Of a DNA stretch of 64,000 bases, positions 1-12,400 are shown in pieces. The stretch is from Macrostomum lignano (Eukaryota). The notes below the pieces were generated by a model. The model made no database searches and had not been told where the DNA came from. It worked only from the letters and a program-made list of their open reading frames with translations. The stretch spans positions 1-64,000 of the forward strand of contig NIVC01001996.1 of NCBI GenBank assembly GCA_002269645.1, given 5' to 3'. The position numbers and the translations under genes were made by a program. Position 1 is the stretch's first letter; each line of letters starts with the position of its first letter.

Positions 1-596
1 AAAACTTCACAGTAGCAACTCGGCCCGCTAAAGGTTTGTGTCGCTTTTAAGCTTTCTTCTCTCCCCGCTCTCTCTTTTTTATCTCTCATCTCATCTATCT
101 TTTAATCTCTATCTATTGAATTGTATTGTATTCTATCTATCTATTGATCTCTATCTATCTCTATCTCTTTCATTGAGTTGTATCTTTTACCTGACGTTTG
201 AGCCAAGAAAGCTCGTCAAGCCCTGTCCAAGATATTACTTAAACACCGGTAGGGTTCAGAGTAGCCCGAATCAGTGGAATCCTGGCGGAATCTTGCGTCT
301 AAAGTACGCCCTGTTTATGACCCACTACATGCCTGATAGCTAAAAACCAAGCCGTTGTACACAACCCTGTACGAGTGTTGTGTTATCCTATGATAGTCAT
401 GGGTCAACAGGATGAACAGAGTTGCTTACATCCTCGCTACCTTGGTGTTGACTGTCGTCTTCTCGATTTTCAGCAATGCTATCCACCTCGAGAATGAACT
501 AACTAGCAAACGACAACAATAACGGAGGTTTCAACATAGCTTATCTAAACAATATGAATTAGCTTTGTTAAAATCCTGTTTTTTTACATATTGCAG

Positions 597-3500
597 GCAA
601 TCACTGCCGTGTTTCGGTACCTGGCCATGCTTCGAAAGCTTGGACCGCAAGAGTGGTTGTTCGAGGAAGCTCGCCTAGAAGGCCAAAAAGCCCTCGATGT
701 CGGTCTAAACGACTGGGAATACTATCCATTTGTTCGCAGCAATATCTGCCTTCAGCGATATCCGATGCAGGATCTGCTGAGAGCGCATCGAGTGCCGTGC
801 GACTACTCGCCAACAATAATATCCGACTTCTTGAATTTGCTGACTCCCGACAGATGCAAAGTGTACGTTTTCGAAGCTGGCGTCAACAAAAACTGTCCAA
901 GTAAGTGCTTGAGTTAATACGGTACAGAAATATTTTGCTAAGTATTCAGACTTGAAGGGAACAGATGAATGAAACAGCATGTTTTTTACAAACTAGGAAC
1001 TTTTAGCTTTTGTTTAAATCTTCATCTTTTTAGATAAAAAGGTTAATTTTGACACAGTTCACACGTACAATGTATGTTGAGTGATCATGTCGATAATTTC
1101 GTGAAAGTGCATCAGGCTGCACTATTTTCAAGCACAAATATTTGAAAGTATAGGTATTAAGAAATCTAAGCGTCCACGTCCCCTCAAAAGGCTTCTTTCT
1201 AAAATCATTCCTTATTATAGCGTAGACCAACGATCATATATACAGATCTATCAAAGATCTATGGCGTAGACTTGTAAAACTCTTCGCAAAAGCGTCTGCT
1301 TATCCGAATTTTTTTGCTAACGTCCATCTGTATGTAGCTGTCTATGGCCAGTCCTGCCCACACTCCGGCGCGGTGCCGCACAGCGTCAAGAAGCTGGATC
1401 CCGACCTGCTGGCAGTCTGTAAAGCCGATTGGCCTTCACCAAGCATTGAATTCGACGCTGATCTGGGCTTTCCTCAGCCAACGCCTGTGGATTGCTTAGT
1501 AAGCTGGGTGCTTGTCTGAGGACTGAGGACTGATGACTGAGAACTTTTCGTCGATTAGTTAAAGTTATATAGATCACTTGTAGTATTTTTATTCCTCCAA
1601 CATGTTTTTAGGCGGAGTCAGTGTCAATAAGTCAACAAGACGACAGTTCGGCATTGTCGCGCATTGCTCGCCGTCATGAAAAACTCCTAGCCTTGCCGTC
1701 ATCTGACTGCTCATTCCGCGTCATTGAGCTGACAAACGGTGTCCAAGCTATCCTGGCCAGTCGAAACAGTTTCGGAGGCCAGGAGAGTAACGAAAAATCG
1801 CTTGTGTGCACCACCCTGGGCATTGGGAGACTACACGATCCGACTGACTTTCGAGGCTTAGCAGAGCTGTGCCATCGCCTCACACTGGTTGGATCGAAAT
1901 CGACGCCTCAAACATTCGATGGCTTGAACGACCTGCTGCTAGACAATAGTTGTGAAGAGAATGTTGAATATGCCATGGGGGTACACGATGACCAATCAGT
2001 GTACAAGTTTACTGTTCCAGCGAGTCTAATTCCGGAAAGCCTGTTTCGCCTAGGCTGTGGATTGGTCAATCCCGAAATTAGCAACGAAAGCGTCGAACGC
2101 GAGCTGCTGTCTTGTCAGTTCAGGCGCCAGATTCCAGCCCAGGACTGGTTGGAGCGCTGCTCGGGAAATCTCACCCATCCCTACAATCGAATGGCGAAAG
2201 GTGCCCAGAAAACTATTCGATCCTACACATCCGAGGAACTAAAAACTCGCTTGATTGCATTTTTCAATGAAAACTACTCTGCGAACTTGTTGAAGCTGGC
2301 TATAGTGGACAGCAGGTCTCTTGACGAGTTGGAGGTTAGTTTGCGAGCCGTATAAAAAAATCCTATTGGAAGTAGGCACACTAATACTCGCAAGTTAATA
2401 ACGAAGCCTTCAGATATGCGTGGTTTAATAACTTTGTACTCATTGCAGAAACTGGTGGCAGCTCATTTTGGAAGCATGCGGAATTTGTCAATCAACCAGT
2501 TGAAGATTTCAACGCATCCGTACGAAGGAACATTGATGGGCGTAAAGGTAGGTGCTTCAGACTTTATGTGTGTATTTTTGTGTACGTTTAATAGCAGCAG
2601 ACAAGGAGTATAGACTCGCAAATTAGAATGTCACATTAGAGAGCGTTCTTCTTGTTCAGCTTACATTGGTTCCCCGACCAGAAGTAGAACCCGAGGACGC
2701 TCTAACCTATGAACTCCTGCCTAAAATTACACAATAGCTTACATTGGTTCCCGACCACAAAAGTAGAACCCGAGGACGCTCTAACCTATGAACCCCTGCC
2801 TAAAATTACACAATAGCTTACATTGGTTCCCGAACACAAAAGTAGAACCCGAGGACGCTCTAACCTATGAACCCTGCCTAAAATTACACAATAGCTTACA
2901 TTGGTTCCCGACCACAAAAGTAGAACCCGAGGACGCTCTAACCTATGAACCCCTGCCTAAAATTACACAATAGCTTACATTGGTTCCCGACCACAAAAGT
3001 AGAACCCGAGGACGCTCTAACCTATGAACCCCTGCCTAAAATTACACAATAGCTTACATTGGTTCCCGAACACAAAAGTAGAACCCGAGGACGCTCTAAC
3101 CTATGAACCCCTGCCTAAAATTACACAATACACTTAACTAATCTAGGTTCGCAGCAACTGTCTGAGTTTAGGTCGAAAACTTTACATGGTTTTCCCCTTG
3201 CCGGAGCAAACAAAACTGCACTTGACTTCGCCGGACATGCTCGTGAGCTACTTGATCAACAACCGGTGCAAGGGGAGCATTAGCGACTGTCTCGAGCGGC
3301 GTCATTTAAGTACAAACGTGTTTGGACAACTGGTCAACAGAGGTTCTGTAGGCTTCGACTCCTACTGCGTGACTGTTTTCCACCAGAATAAAGAGTTGGA
3401 GATGGCAGAGAGTGAGAACAAGGTGTGTACGAATAGCGATTTACATGCGTTTGTTGCGTATACATTGTTGCGTATATCACACGCTGTTCTTTCTAGAGAA

Positions 3501-6500
3501 GTCGTGCGTCCGACGCTCTCATGTCACTCACGACTTGAAGGTCGGGGTTCGATTCCCGATCATACTGGAACAATTTTTGTCCTTTAGCAAGACACTTAAC
3601 TCTGCATTGTTTCAAGTTCACCCAGCTGTAAAATGGGTGCCAGCATTAGGAGGAGCAATTAAGGGTGGTGTGTTGCGATCCCAAAGTTCTTGGACTGAAC
3701 AGCCGTACGCAGCCTTCAGATGCGCCGCCCCAAAGCTTCGGCTGAGCTGTCGGTTGCACATAGCCCAATTAGGGAAGGTTTAATGAATTATTATGTTTTT
3801 ATCCTCTTTAAGAAGAATCTGACTGTAAAAAAGTTTTCACAATGATCGACAACCTTCAATAAACTTCAATAAAAATCAGACGTACGCGTCTATTGGTTAA
3901 GATACCTTTAAAAAAATTTCACTATCGCAAGCTTTTAAGCTCATATTTTACAGACTCAGTAAAATACCACACTTATCTTCAGATAATCACAATAGTATTT
4001 CGCTATCTCGCAATGCTGCGCCAAATTGGTCCACTGGAGTGGCTCTACAACACTTTCCGCGTAGAAAGACGCAAGGGTCAGACATTTGACGACGAAAATT
4101 CTTCTACTGGGCCTCGTTGGAAGCTGAACCCGTTGCAGTACTACTGCGACCAGCTGCTAGAGTGCCACATGCAGCGCTACCCTCTGGAGAGCTTGTTCAC
4201 TGCTCGGTACGCGTTGCCTGAATACTCGCCTCGGGCCATTACTGACTTTCTGGAATTTTTGAAGCCCGATAATTGCAAGGTGTTCGTTTCAGGCTTTGGC
4301 ACAGACGAGTCTCATATGTGCACCTTTCTGTGTAAGTTGTCCTTTAATCTACAAAATGGTTACTAATTAAGTATCGGATAATTTAAAATCACTTATGACG
4401 TGATCTTCTTCGTTAGATTACTGATTATTCCATCCTTTCACCCGCAGCTCCTGATGGCAAGCTCTGCTGCGAGCCGGATGGCCCAAATTTCTGCAGTATG
4501 GAAAAGCTCAAACCGGAACTGATTGCCACCTGCTCAGCTGCTTGGCCTTCTTCATCGTGCGAGTTCGATACTGAGCTGAAGCTGCCAAAACAGAATCTGT
4601 TTTTGTGCTCCGATTTTAGTCTGAGGCCCGACGAGACAACTGATCAGGTCGGTATGGATTCCTAGCGGTGATGCGGTGGTCCAGATCTGTGTTAGGGTAG
4701 GTTAGGTTAGGGTAGTCGGATAGCTATAGTTCTAAGAGGGGCTTTTAGTGCTGCAGCTAATCAAGTCGACCGTTGAATCGCAGACAGAGTGGAAGCACAC
4801 GCTCACACATGGTGTACAATGCCTATGACTTCATGGCTGAATATGAATTGCAAGAATTGTACGGAGGAGTAGTTGTGTTATTGTGTCGACTTTTTTAAAT
4901 TTCAGCAACCACAAGGACCGCGGCTGCTACGATTCGAAGCCGGGCCGCACACACCAGCCGCTCGCTTCTGGTTCCAGCAGGATAACAGGCTCCAGACTCC
5001 GATTGTCTTCATCTCAGTCGATTTGGTGACTTCGCCTGAGCCGCTTGTGACCGACTGCGCCTCGTCCGTCATGCTGGATATTTTTGTCGTGCTCCTAGTC
5101 GACCAGCTCAACAGCCTTGAAAGCCAAGCCAAGCAGGTTGATCTACGTTTAAAAGTGTCGCGCAGCAAACAGGGCATTCAGGTGTGCTGCAGCGGCTACA
5201 GGCAGCCCCTGCCAAGTCTTGTGGCTGCCGCTCTGAGTCGGATTTTTGAGCTGAAGATTACGGAACATGCATTTCGTAAGGTGAGCTGTGCACAGTGTCT
5301 AACTAGAATTTTCCCGCCGACGAATATTTCCTGACGAGTTTGGCCTTGGGGATTCTTCTTAACTGCTCTGAACATATTTTTAAACGAGGCCAGCTGTTGA
5401 GGGGGCGCCAGCTACAGAGGGGGTGCCAGCAAACAGAGGGGACGTCAGCTACAGAGGGGACGCCAGCTACAGAGGGGACGCCAGCAAACAGAGGGGACGC
5501 CAGCTACAGAAGGGACGCCCAGCTACAGAGGGGGTGCCAGCTACAGAGGGGGTGCCAGCTACAGAGGGGGTGCCAGCTACAGAGGGGACGCCCAGCTACA
5601 GAGGGGGTGCCAGCTACAGAAGGGACGCCCAGCTACAGAGGGGGTGCCAGCTACAGAGGGGGCGCCAGCTACAGAGGGGGTGCCAGCTACAGAGGGGACG
5701 CCAGCTACAGAGGGGACGCCAGCTACAGAGGGGGTGCCAGCTACAGAGGGGACGCCAGCTACAGAGGGGACGTCAGCTAGAGAGGGGACGTCAGCTACAG
5801 AGGGGACGCCAGCTACAGAGGGGACGCCAGCAAACAGAGGGGACGCCAGCTACAGAGGGGACGCCCAGCTACAGAGGGGACGCCAGCTACAGAGGGGGTG
5901 CCAGCTACAGAGGGGACGCCAGCTACAGAGGGGGTGCCAGCTACAGAGGGGGCGCCAGCTACAGAGGGGGCGCCAGCTACAGAGGGGACGCCAGCTACAG
6001 AGGGGACGCCAGCTACAGAGGGGACGTCAGCTACAGAGGGGACGCCAGCAAACAGAGGGGACGCCAGCTACCGAAGGGACGCCCAGCTACAGAGGGGACG
6101 CCAGCTACAGAGGGGGTGCCAGCTACAGAGGGGGCGCCAGCTACAGAGGAGGTGCCAGCTACAGAGGGGACGCCAGCTACAGAGGGGGTGCCAGCTACAG
6201 AGGGGGTGCCAGCTACAGAGGGGGCGCCAGCTACAGAGGGGGCGCCAGCAAACAGAGGGGGCGCCAGCTACATTGGGATGCATTAATTGCCTACATGGAT
6301 CATCGGCTCAGCAAATATAAATTAATGGGTTATCAATCTCCTCATTGTTTCAGGCTCGACGGAAAATATCTGCCCTGGAGGCGCAGAAAACGCACAAAAC
6401 GGACTTGTGCAAGTCGCAGCTTGCTATGCTACTAAATAGCGCCTGCTCTTGGCACTGGTCGTATCAGGATAAAAGAGTCGCTATTAACGGTATGTTTGCT

Positions 6501-8224
6501 AATATCTAAATATTCAATACAAAAATTCCAGACGAACTCTCTTCTCTACAAACCTTCACTTCAGAAACAACTCTGGAGAGCTTCATGATATTTGTCCAGC
6601 GATTCAGCAGTCAGATTCAGCTATCGTCGCAACCGCAACGTCTGGTCAGCGAGGACGAGGACGAAGAGGACAAACGAACTGACGCGGCTGTTGCCGTCAT
6701 GAGCCTTTGGTCACGAATCTCCCTAGCCGAGGACGAAGAAGTCGTAGAGGAGAGCTCCGCGCTGCAGCAGACACTTCAGGAGGAGCAAGACCAGCAGCAG
6801 AAGCAGCAGATTCCGCGCCAACTGTTTGCCGAGATTCTCGTTTATGGCAACGCTACAGCTAAAGATGCTGAAGCAGCCAGTCAAATCATTTTGAACGCGC
6901 TGCCATCACCGACTCAGCGTACCACTGAGACAACATTTGAAGCAGTGAGGCGTCGAGTGTATCTACTCCCCAGCGGCAGCCATCACGTGCTTCAACTGAC
7001 AATATCTGCTAATTATCAGAGGAAATCAGGGTGCGCTGTAGTACTTCAGGTGCCAAAACCGGTGCCAACTGCCGACACAAATATGGGCTTTGAAGACGCG
7101 ATTAGACAAGACTGTTTGTTTTATCTGCTAATCGAGGTTTTGCAATGCCGCGGCGAGATGATCAATGACCCGTTGGATCGAGCTATAAAGATACTAATAC
7201 AGAGAAATTATCACGCCTATGTTGTTACATTTGACGTTGTGGATTCACAGCACCCGACAAAGGTAGGCCTATGTGTGAGAGTAGTGAATTAACAATGTCA
7301 CTGAACCGAAAAGGTAGGCCGATGTGTGAGAGTAGTGAATGAACAATGTCACTGAACCGAAAGGGTAGGCCGATGTGTGAGAGTAGTGAATTAACAATGT
7401 CACTGAACCGAAAAGGTAGGCCGATGTGTGAGAGTAGTGAATTAACAATGTCACTGAACCGAAAAGGTAGGCCGATGTGTGAGAGTAGTGAATGAACAAT
7501 GTCACTGGATCGAATCAGCTGCTTGTTTCCTATCGCTCTTTTTTCCAGATTGAAGAACAAGTGGAAAATTATATCGAAAAAATTGGCGATTACATTTCCT
7601 CTCTGTCAGAGGAGTCATTCCGATACTGCTTATCAAGCATGGAGAAATCGATGCGCAAAGAAATTCCTACTACTGTCCAGGAGCAGCACGATTCCCATTG
7701 GCGCAGCATCACTCACGGTGTGCTGCGCTTCGACCGGGACGCAAATTTGGCCAAGTGTTTAGACGCAGTGGTTGGAGGCATCAAGAAGGATTGTCTGCTT
7801 GAACTATGGCGGGTAAGTAGCAAAGTAGCAAAGTACCAATTTTTTACCAGCGTTTATCAGATTCAACTTGAACTTAAGTTGGAGCTTATATAATTAGTCT
7901 TGTATAATATATACCGTTCGCGCCGCTTCCAGTCCTGCTTAAAGCGGGGATCTCCGAACCGGCGCAAGCTGTGCATCCATCGAATCTCCAGGGCGGCTTT
8001 CCCCGACGGCATCAGCGAGGCTGACTACGCTGATTACCCGGTGAGTCCTGAAGCCATACGCACTTGTTGACTCTTGTAGCGTTGGATGCGTTCTCCTTAA
8101 TTAATTCTCTAAAAAACTCTATTTCCAGGGAACCATCATACGTAACAGAAATCTTTTCAAGCAAAGCCTGCTGCTAAGTCCCTTGCCATCGGTACAGAAT
8201 TTGCGTCCGAACTCTGATGTCTAA
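597..8224 (+). CDS. M16A (insulinase/nardilysin-like) pseudo-peptidase paralog A, 5'-truncated by the window edge; visible architecture D2-D1-D2-D3-D4
   Basis: Exons 597-900, 1338-1498, 1612-2334, 2449-2547, 3147-3422, 3983-4331, 4448-4647, 4906-5280, 6354-6489, 6532-7262, 7549-7812, 7933-8040, 8129-8224. All introns are GT-AG with compatible phases and no internal stop. IDE-like motifs recognised by eye: ELTNG..IL, LGIG..DP..F.GLA, HPY, YSANLLKL, FPLP, AVFRYL..LR..GP.EW, FWFQQD..L.TP, GYRQPLP, VYGN, HWRSI..GVLRFDRD, RRKLCIH. The zinc motif position reads ELCHR (1864-1878). Confidence 0.85.
2659..3129. repeat. Intronic tandem repeat, 78-79 bp unit, ~6 copies
   Basis: Unit CTTACATTGGTTCCCGACCACAAAAGTAGAACCCGAGGACGCTCTAACCTATGAACCCCTGCCTAAAATTACACAATAG; the AGTAGAAC word recurs at 2683, 2762, 2841, 2919, 2998, 3077. 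Confidence 0.95.
3515..3780 (+). mobile_element. tRNA-derived SINE family 1 (CORE/MIR-like central domain)
   Basis: B-box GGGGTTCGATTCCC, then CCTTTAGCAAGACACTTAACTC...CACCCAGCTGTAAAATGGG, which resembles the CORE-SINE domain. The tail TACGCAGCCTTCAGATGCGCC is shared with the other copies. Confidence 0.7.
5395..6272. repeat. Intronic minisatellite, 18-19 bp unit CCAGCTACAGAGGGG(A/G)(C/T)G
   Basis: Direct tandem reiteration inside intron 5281-6353 of paralog A; source of the ATEG/SYRG/QRG ORFs. Confidence 0.95.
7260..7506. repeat. Intronic 51-bp tandem repeat (~5 copies) that reiterates the 5' splice site
   Basis: AAG|GTAGGC recurs with the GT at 7263, 7314, 7365, 7416, 7467. Confidence 0.95.
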
Positions 8225-9469
8225 GCGAGACGCCATCGAGTTTCTTGGAATTTTGAATTTGCAGCAACAAATAAACTGGACTCAGTTCAACCTCAATAAA
8301 ATATCTGTAGTTATACACTTAATATTTACCGGTGAAAACATGCACGAACAACTTTGTCAATGTTTAATATGAGAATGGTTTTGCTCAAGAAAGCTCTGGT
8401 TTTCGGTTTCCCTTGGTGTACTTACTTGTGCAGAAGACTAGCAGAGACCAATTATCAGATGGTAAAAGAATAAACTCTATTTGTTCATTTTTACATAAAA
8501 TACGCTCGTAGCCTTCGTTCACGGTGTAAAATTATTTTGACGATTTTTTTTACAAATTTTGCTTTTTAAATCATTTTGTAACACAAAGATCCGTTAGAAG
8601 CTCCCCAGAAACGCCAGATCGTCAGTTAAAAAACTGAATTTAAGTATTCATGCTCATAACTAGCATCTGCAAAGTTATAGATACACAGATACTAGCATCG
8701 TAGATAGGACAGTACACCACATGTAGATGTAGAAGTGTTTGGTCTTACTCTAACGATCACCAAAGGAAAGGTTGTTAAATTTTTTGTTCTATAATGTTGC
8801 CGATCCTCGTGGACATAAAGAGATGAATAAACTCCTATGTCTGCGCCAACAGGTCAACTCAACAGTGTCCAATGCTCTTTGTCGTATGGGTATTAAACAA
8901 GCCAAGCAAAAACTAAAATAATAATGAAGCCAAACAGTAGCCTGTAGCTGTAGTACTCTTCTCTTGACTTAACTGAATCAACTGCTGTAGAGGACGCAAT
9001 GTGAAGATGAGAGCGAAAGGCGAAAGGTTGGCTTTCCTCGATTATTTTGTTGCTCCCTGTTTAGTGCTGTGAAGGCAGCAGGTAACAATTAAGGTAATTT
9101 GAGCGTAAATGCAAGGTTTAAATTTATTTTATTCTGAATACGTCATAAACTGCTGTTGAGCATGCAGCTCTAGTTCAAGAAAAAATCGGAGAGAAGTTTT
9201 CATTAGTCGCGTTATATCCTATCTAAACTGTACAAAGGTCTAGTTTAGTATTAGGTCAGTTTTGGTGATAGATGTTTAATAAATTCTGTTGAAGCTAAAA
9301 ATCAAAACTCAACATTCTCGATGTCTCCTAACCAACAAACATCTACTTGTGGTCCGAAGGGACAGCTAATACACTATTTTTTCACCTTGATATGATTGTC
9401 TATGGGCATAACTTGAAAAAACCGCATAGTCTTTCAATTCTTGCATAGCTTCAATTCTTAGAGCTCAAG

Positions 9470-12400
9470 ATGCAACAGAGCCTAAAGCTTCCACAGCAGC
9501 AGTCGCCATCCCAGTCCAAGCAGCCTGAATCGGTAAATCAGCGACCAAGTGTCACAATGTCCATAAAAGTTCGCGACAACAATGTACCCTTAGTAAAAGG
9601 AATCGAAGCTTACAAGCACACAAAACGACGATGCCTGGAGCTGTCGAACGGTGCCAGTGTTCTTCTTATTAGCTGGTCAAACTTGGAGCAGATTCAGGGC
9701 TTCTTCGATCCCTACAGCGTGTTTCTTTGCGTGAACCTCAACATTGGCCGGCTTCACGACCCACCCGATTGTGTAGGCCTTGCCGAGTTGTGCCAACGAC
9801 TGACGCTCTGCGGCTCCAAAAAATATCCGAACGACGAGCAGGCTGGTAAGTCAGTCAGTCCGTCTGAATCTGCTTGGCTAATTTCGCGGTGCGCTGTGGC
9901 TTTTTAAAATGGAACAGCATTTCAGCTACTAGCTGAAAGACCTAGTAGGGACGATTGACAATTCACCTGCACACCAAAATCTCGTTAACCGCTTGGTGAT
10001 CAGGATGCTAGCACACCACCGGTACAGTATACGATCGCTACTCGTACGACGTACACGTTGCTCTGGTGCATCTATAACTGGTTAAAATGCCACGACGATT
10101 GATGGTTCAAGTTATTGAATCACCCTAATCGCAGTCTGTGCAGCATAACGGCGCCAATTTAGGCCCTCAAGCAAGGCTGACTGCTGTATGGGGTTTGTAC
10201 GCTCTTAATTATAATAGGAATCATGATCGAAAGGACTGCAGTTATCATTATTTTATAAGAATTGATTGCACCTGTCCCGATTGGGCCGGTTGTGCAACTG
10301 ACAGCTCACCCGCAGCTATTGCGTGGCGCATCTGAAGGCTGCGTAATGGCTGTTTAGTCCAAGGACTGGGAGGTAGCCAGACACCCTCAATAACCCCAGC
10401 TAATGCTGGGTACCCATTTTACAGCTGGGCGAACTGAAGCAATGTAGAGTTAAGTGTCTTGCTCATTGCTCAAGGACACAAATTGTTCTAGTGGGATCTG
10501 GAATCGAACCCCCGGACCTTTCATTAGGGAGTCCAATGTTCTAACCACTAGGCTGCAATCCAGTTAACATTTAGTAATGTTAATAAACATTGTTTAGTAT
10601 AATATCCGTGTTTGTTTTGTACATTGTTCTGAAAAAAAAGTTTTGGTGTATAAGAGATCCCTAGGGAAATCAAAATTTGGTTCTTACTCAAGAAAAAAAT
10701 GCGAGTTGCTGACAAAAGTGCGCCTAATTTGCAGGTCTGCTCACGAAAGTTCAGAGAGAAAGCAGCTCATACTCAGAAGAGATCACAATCGGGCAGCCGC
10801 AACAAGAAAGCCATAGCAACTCAATATTGTCCGAATCATTCGATTTCGACCCGCTCGCTCGAATTGAGGTCACCGAGGATCAGACAATTTACACTTTTAC
10901 CCTGGAAACCAACTATCAGTTGGAGATGTTTCTGGACCATCTCTGCGCCGGGTTGCAGTGTCCGCTGTTTAACAAGACGGCAGTGGAGCGGCAGGTGCAA
11001 ATCTGGCAGGCAGTCTCTAAGACGAATGCGCCCTCCCTAATAGACCAGTTAGAGCACTGCTCGGGTGACGCCAAGCATCCCTACAACCGGCTGCACCGTC
11101 AAAGTGGCCGAACTGTTGATAAATTATCTACCGATGAGCTAATTAACCAACTGAAAGAATTTCACTCGAAAAACTATTCCGCTAATCTGTTGCGATTGGT
11201 GCTGTCGTATGCGAAGACACTGGACGAAATGGAGGTTGGTAAAAGTCGTTAATATGTGGTTGTAAAGATTACCATGGCTATAAATAACTTATGCACCAAA
11301 TACTCGAATTGACAGGCAATGGTGCTGGAGTCTCTGGGTGGAATGCAAAATTTATCGCTTCCACGTATTCGCTTTCCTCGTCACCCGTACGATGGTACGG
11401 AAATGGCAGTAAAGGTAAAATTGTGCCGTAAGCCTGAAGCCAATTCTTTCAAAGTATTTCAATTTTTATTGCGCCAAGAGACACAAAAAAGTTTATAAAA
11501 ATAAAATGGCAACACATTAAAATTCAGCCACAAGCAAAGCTAGCGTTTTAAGATAGGCGACTCATCATTAACCACTTATGTGGCCATAGAAACTAATGTG
11601 AAAATTTTGCTACTCGCGTCAGCGCAAAGATCAGCTACTAAACTCCATTTCGTCATTAGTTTCTGCAGTGCGTGCATCGTTATTAGTTTGATTGAGTAGC
11701 TTTTATTTAATTTATGAGAAACAGCTAGGGAAACAGGAGCAGAGACTTTTGCATAGTATTGGATTAAAATTTGACCTTTTTAGGACACCCATTATGCATT
11801 GGTGTGTTTGAGAAGCTTTAAATGCTGGCTAATCAATTTTACCCTTTTAAGTATGACGCACGTCAGTAAAACAGTTTCAAAGTCCAGTGTTTACTATCGA
11901 AATGTCTAATATTGCAACAGTACTTACGCTTGCAGAAGGTCTTGATTGTTTATTATTACACTAATTACAATATTTCAGATATAATTGGCCTTATGACACA
12001 TATTTAATTTTGCTAATTTTTACGTTTTCCCAGACATCGGAAGTCGTTTCCTTTTACGAGTATTTCATTTAAACCCAAAAACAGATGCAATGAAAAATTA
12101 AAGCAACAACATTAACCAAGTAATTATTCGAATAGAAAAGTTTTAATAGTACTACCAAATGTCGTTCAGAATGAATAATATTACTATTAAAAAGCCAAAT
12201 AATTGGCAAAGTTAAATCCGTGGGCTTTATTATATAATCTACGTGGTACTACTCACAAACATAATATATTAACGGTTTGATAGTACAATGTAGTAAAAAC
12301 TGTTTTACTGCCGTGTACAGCTGATTTATAAGAAAATCTAGTATAGCGTCTTTCTACGTGTTCTTCAGTCCTCTGTGCCCCCATGGCTACATGTACGCCA

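Noticed and set aside
5340-6435. Long repetitive ORFs (ATEG/SYRG/QRG) as a repetitive protein
   Set aside because: Open in several frames at once; they lie in an intron whose flanking exons (5280 and 6354) join in phase without them.
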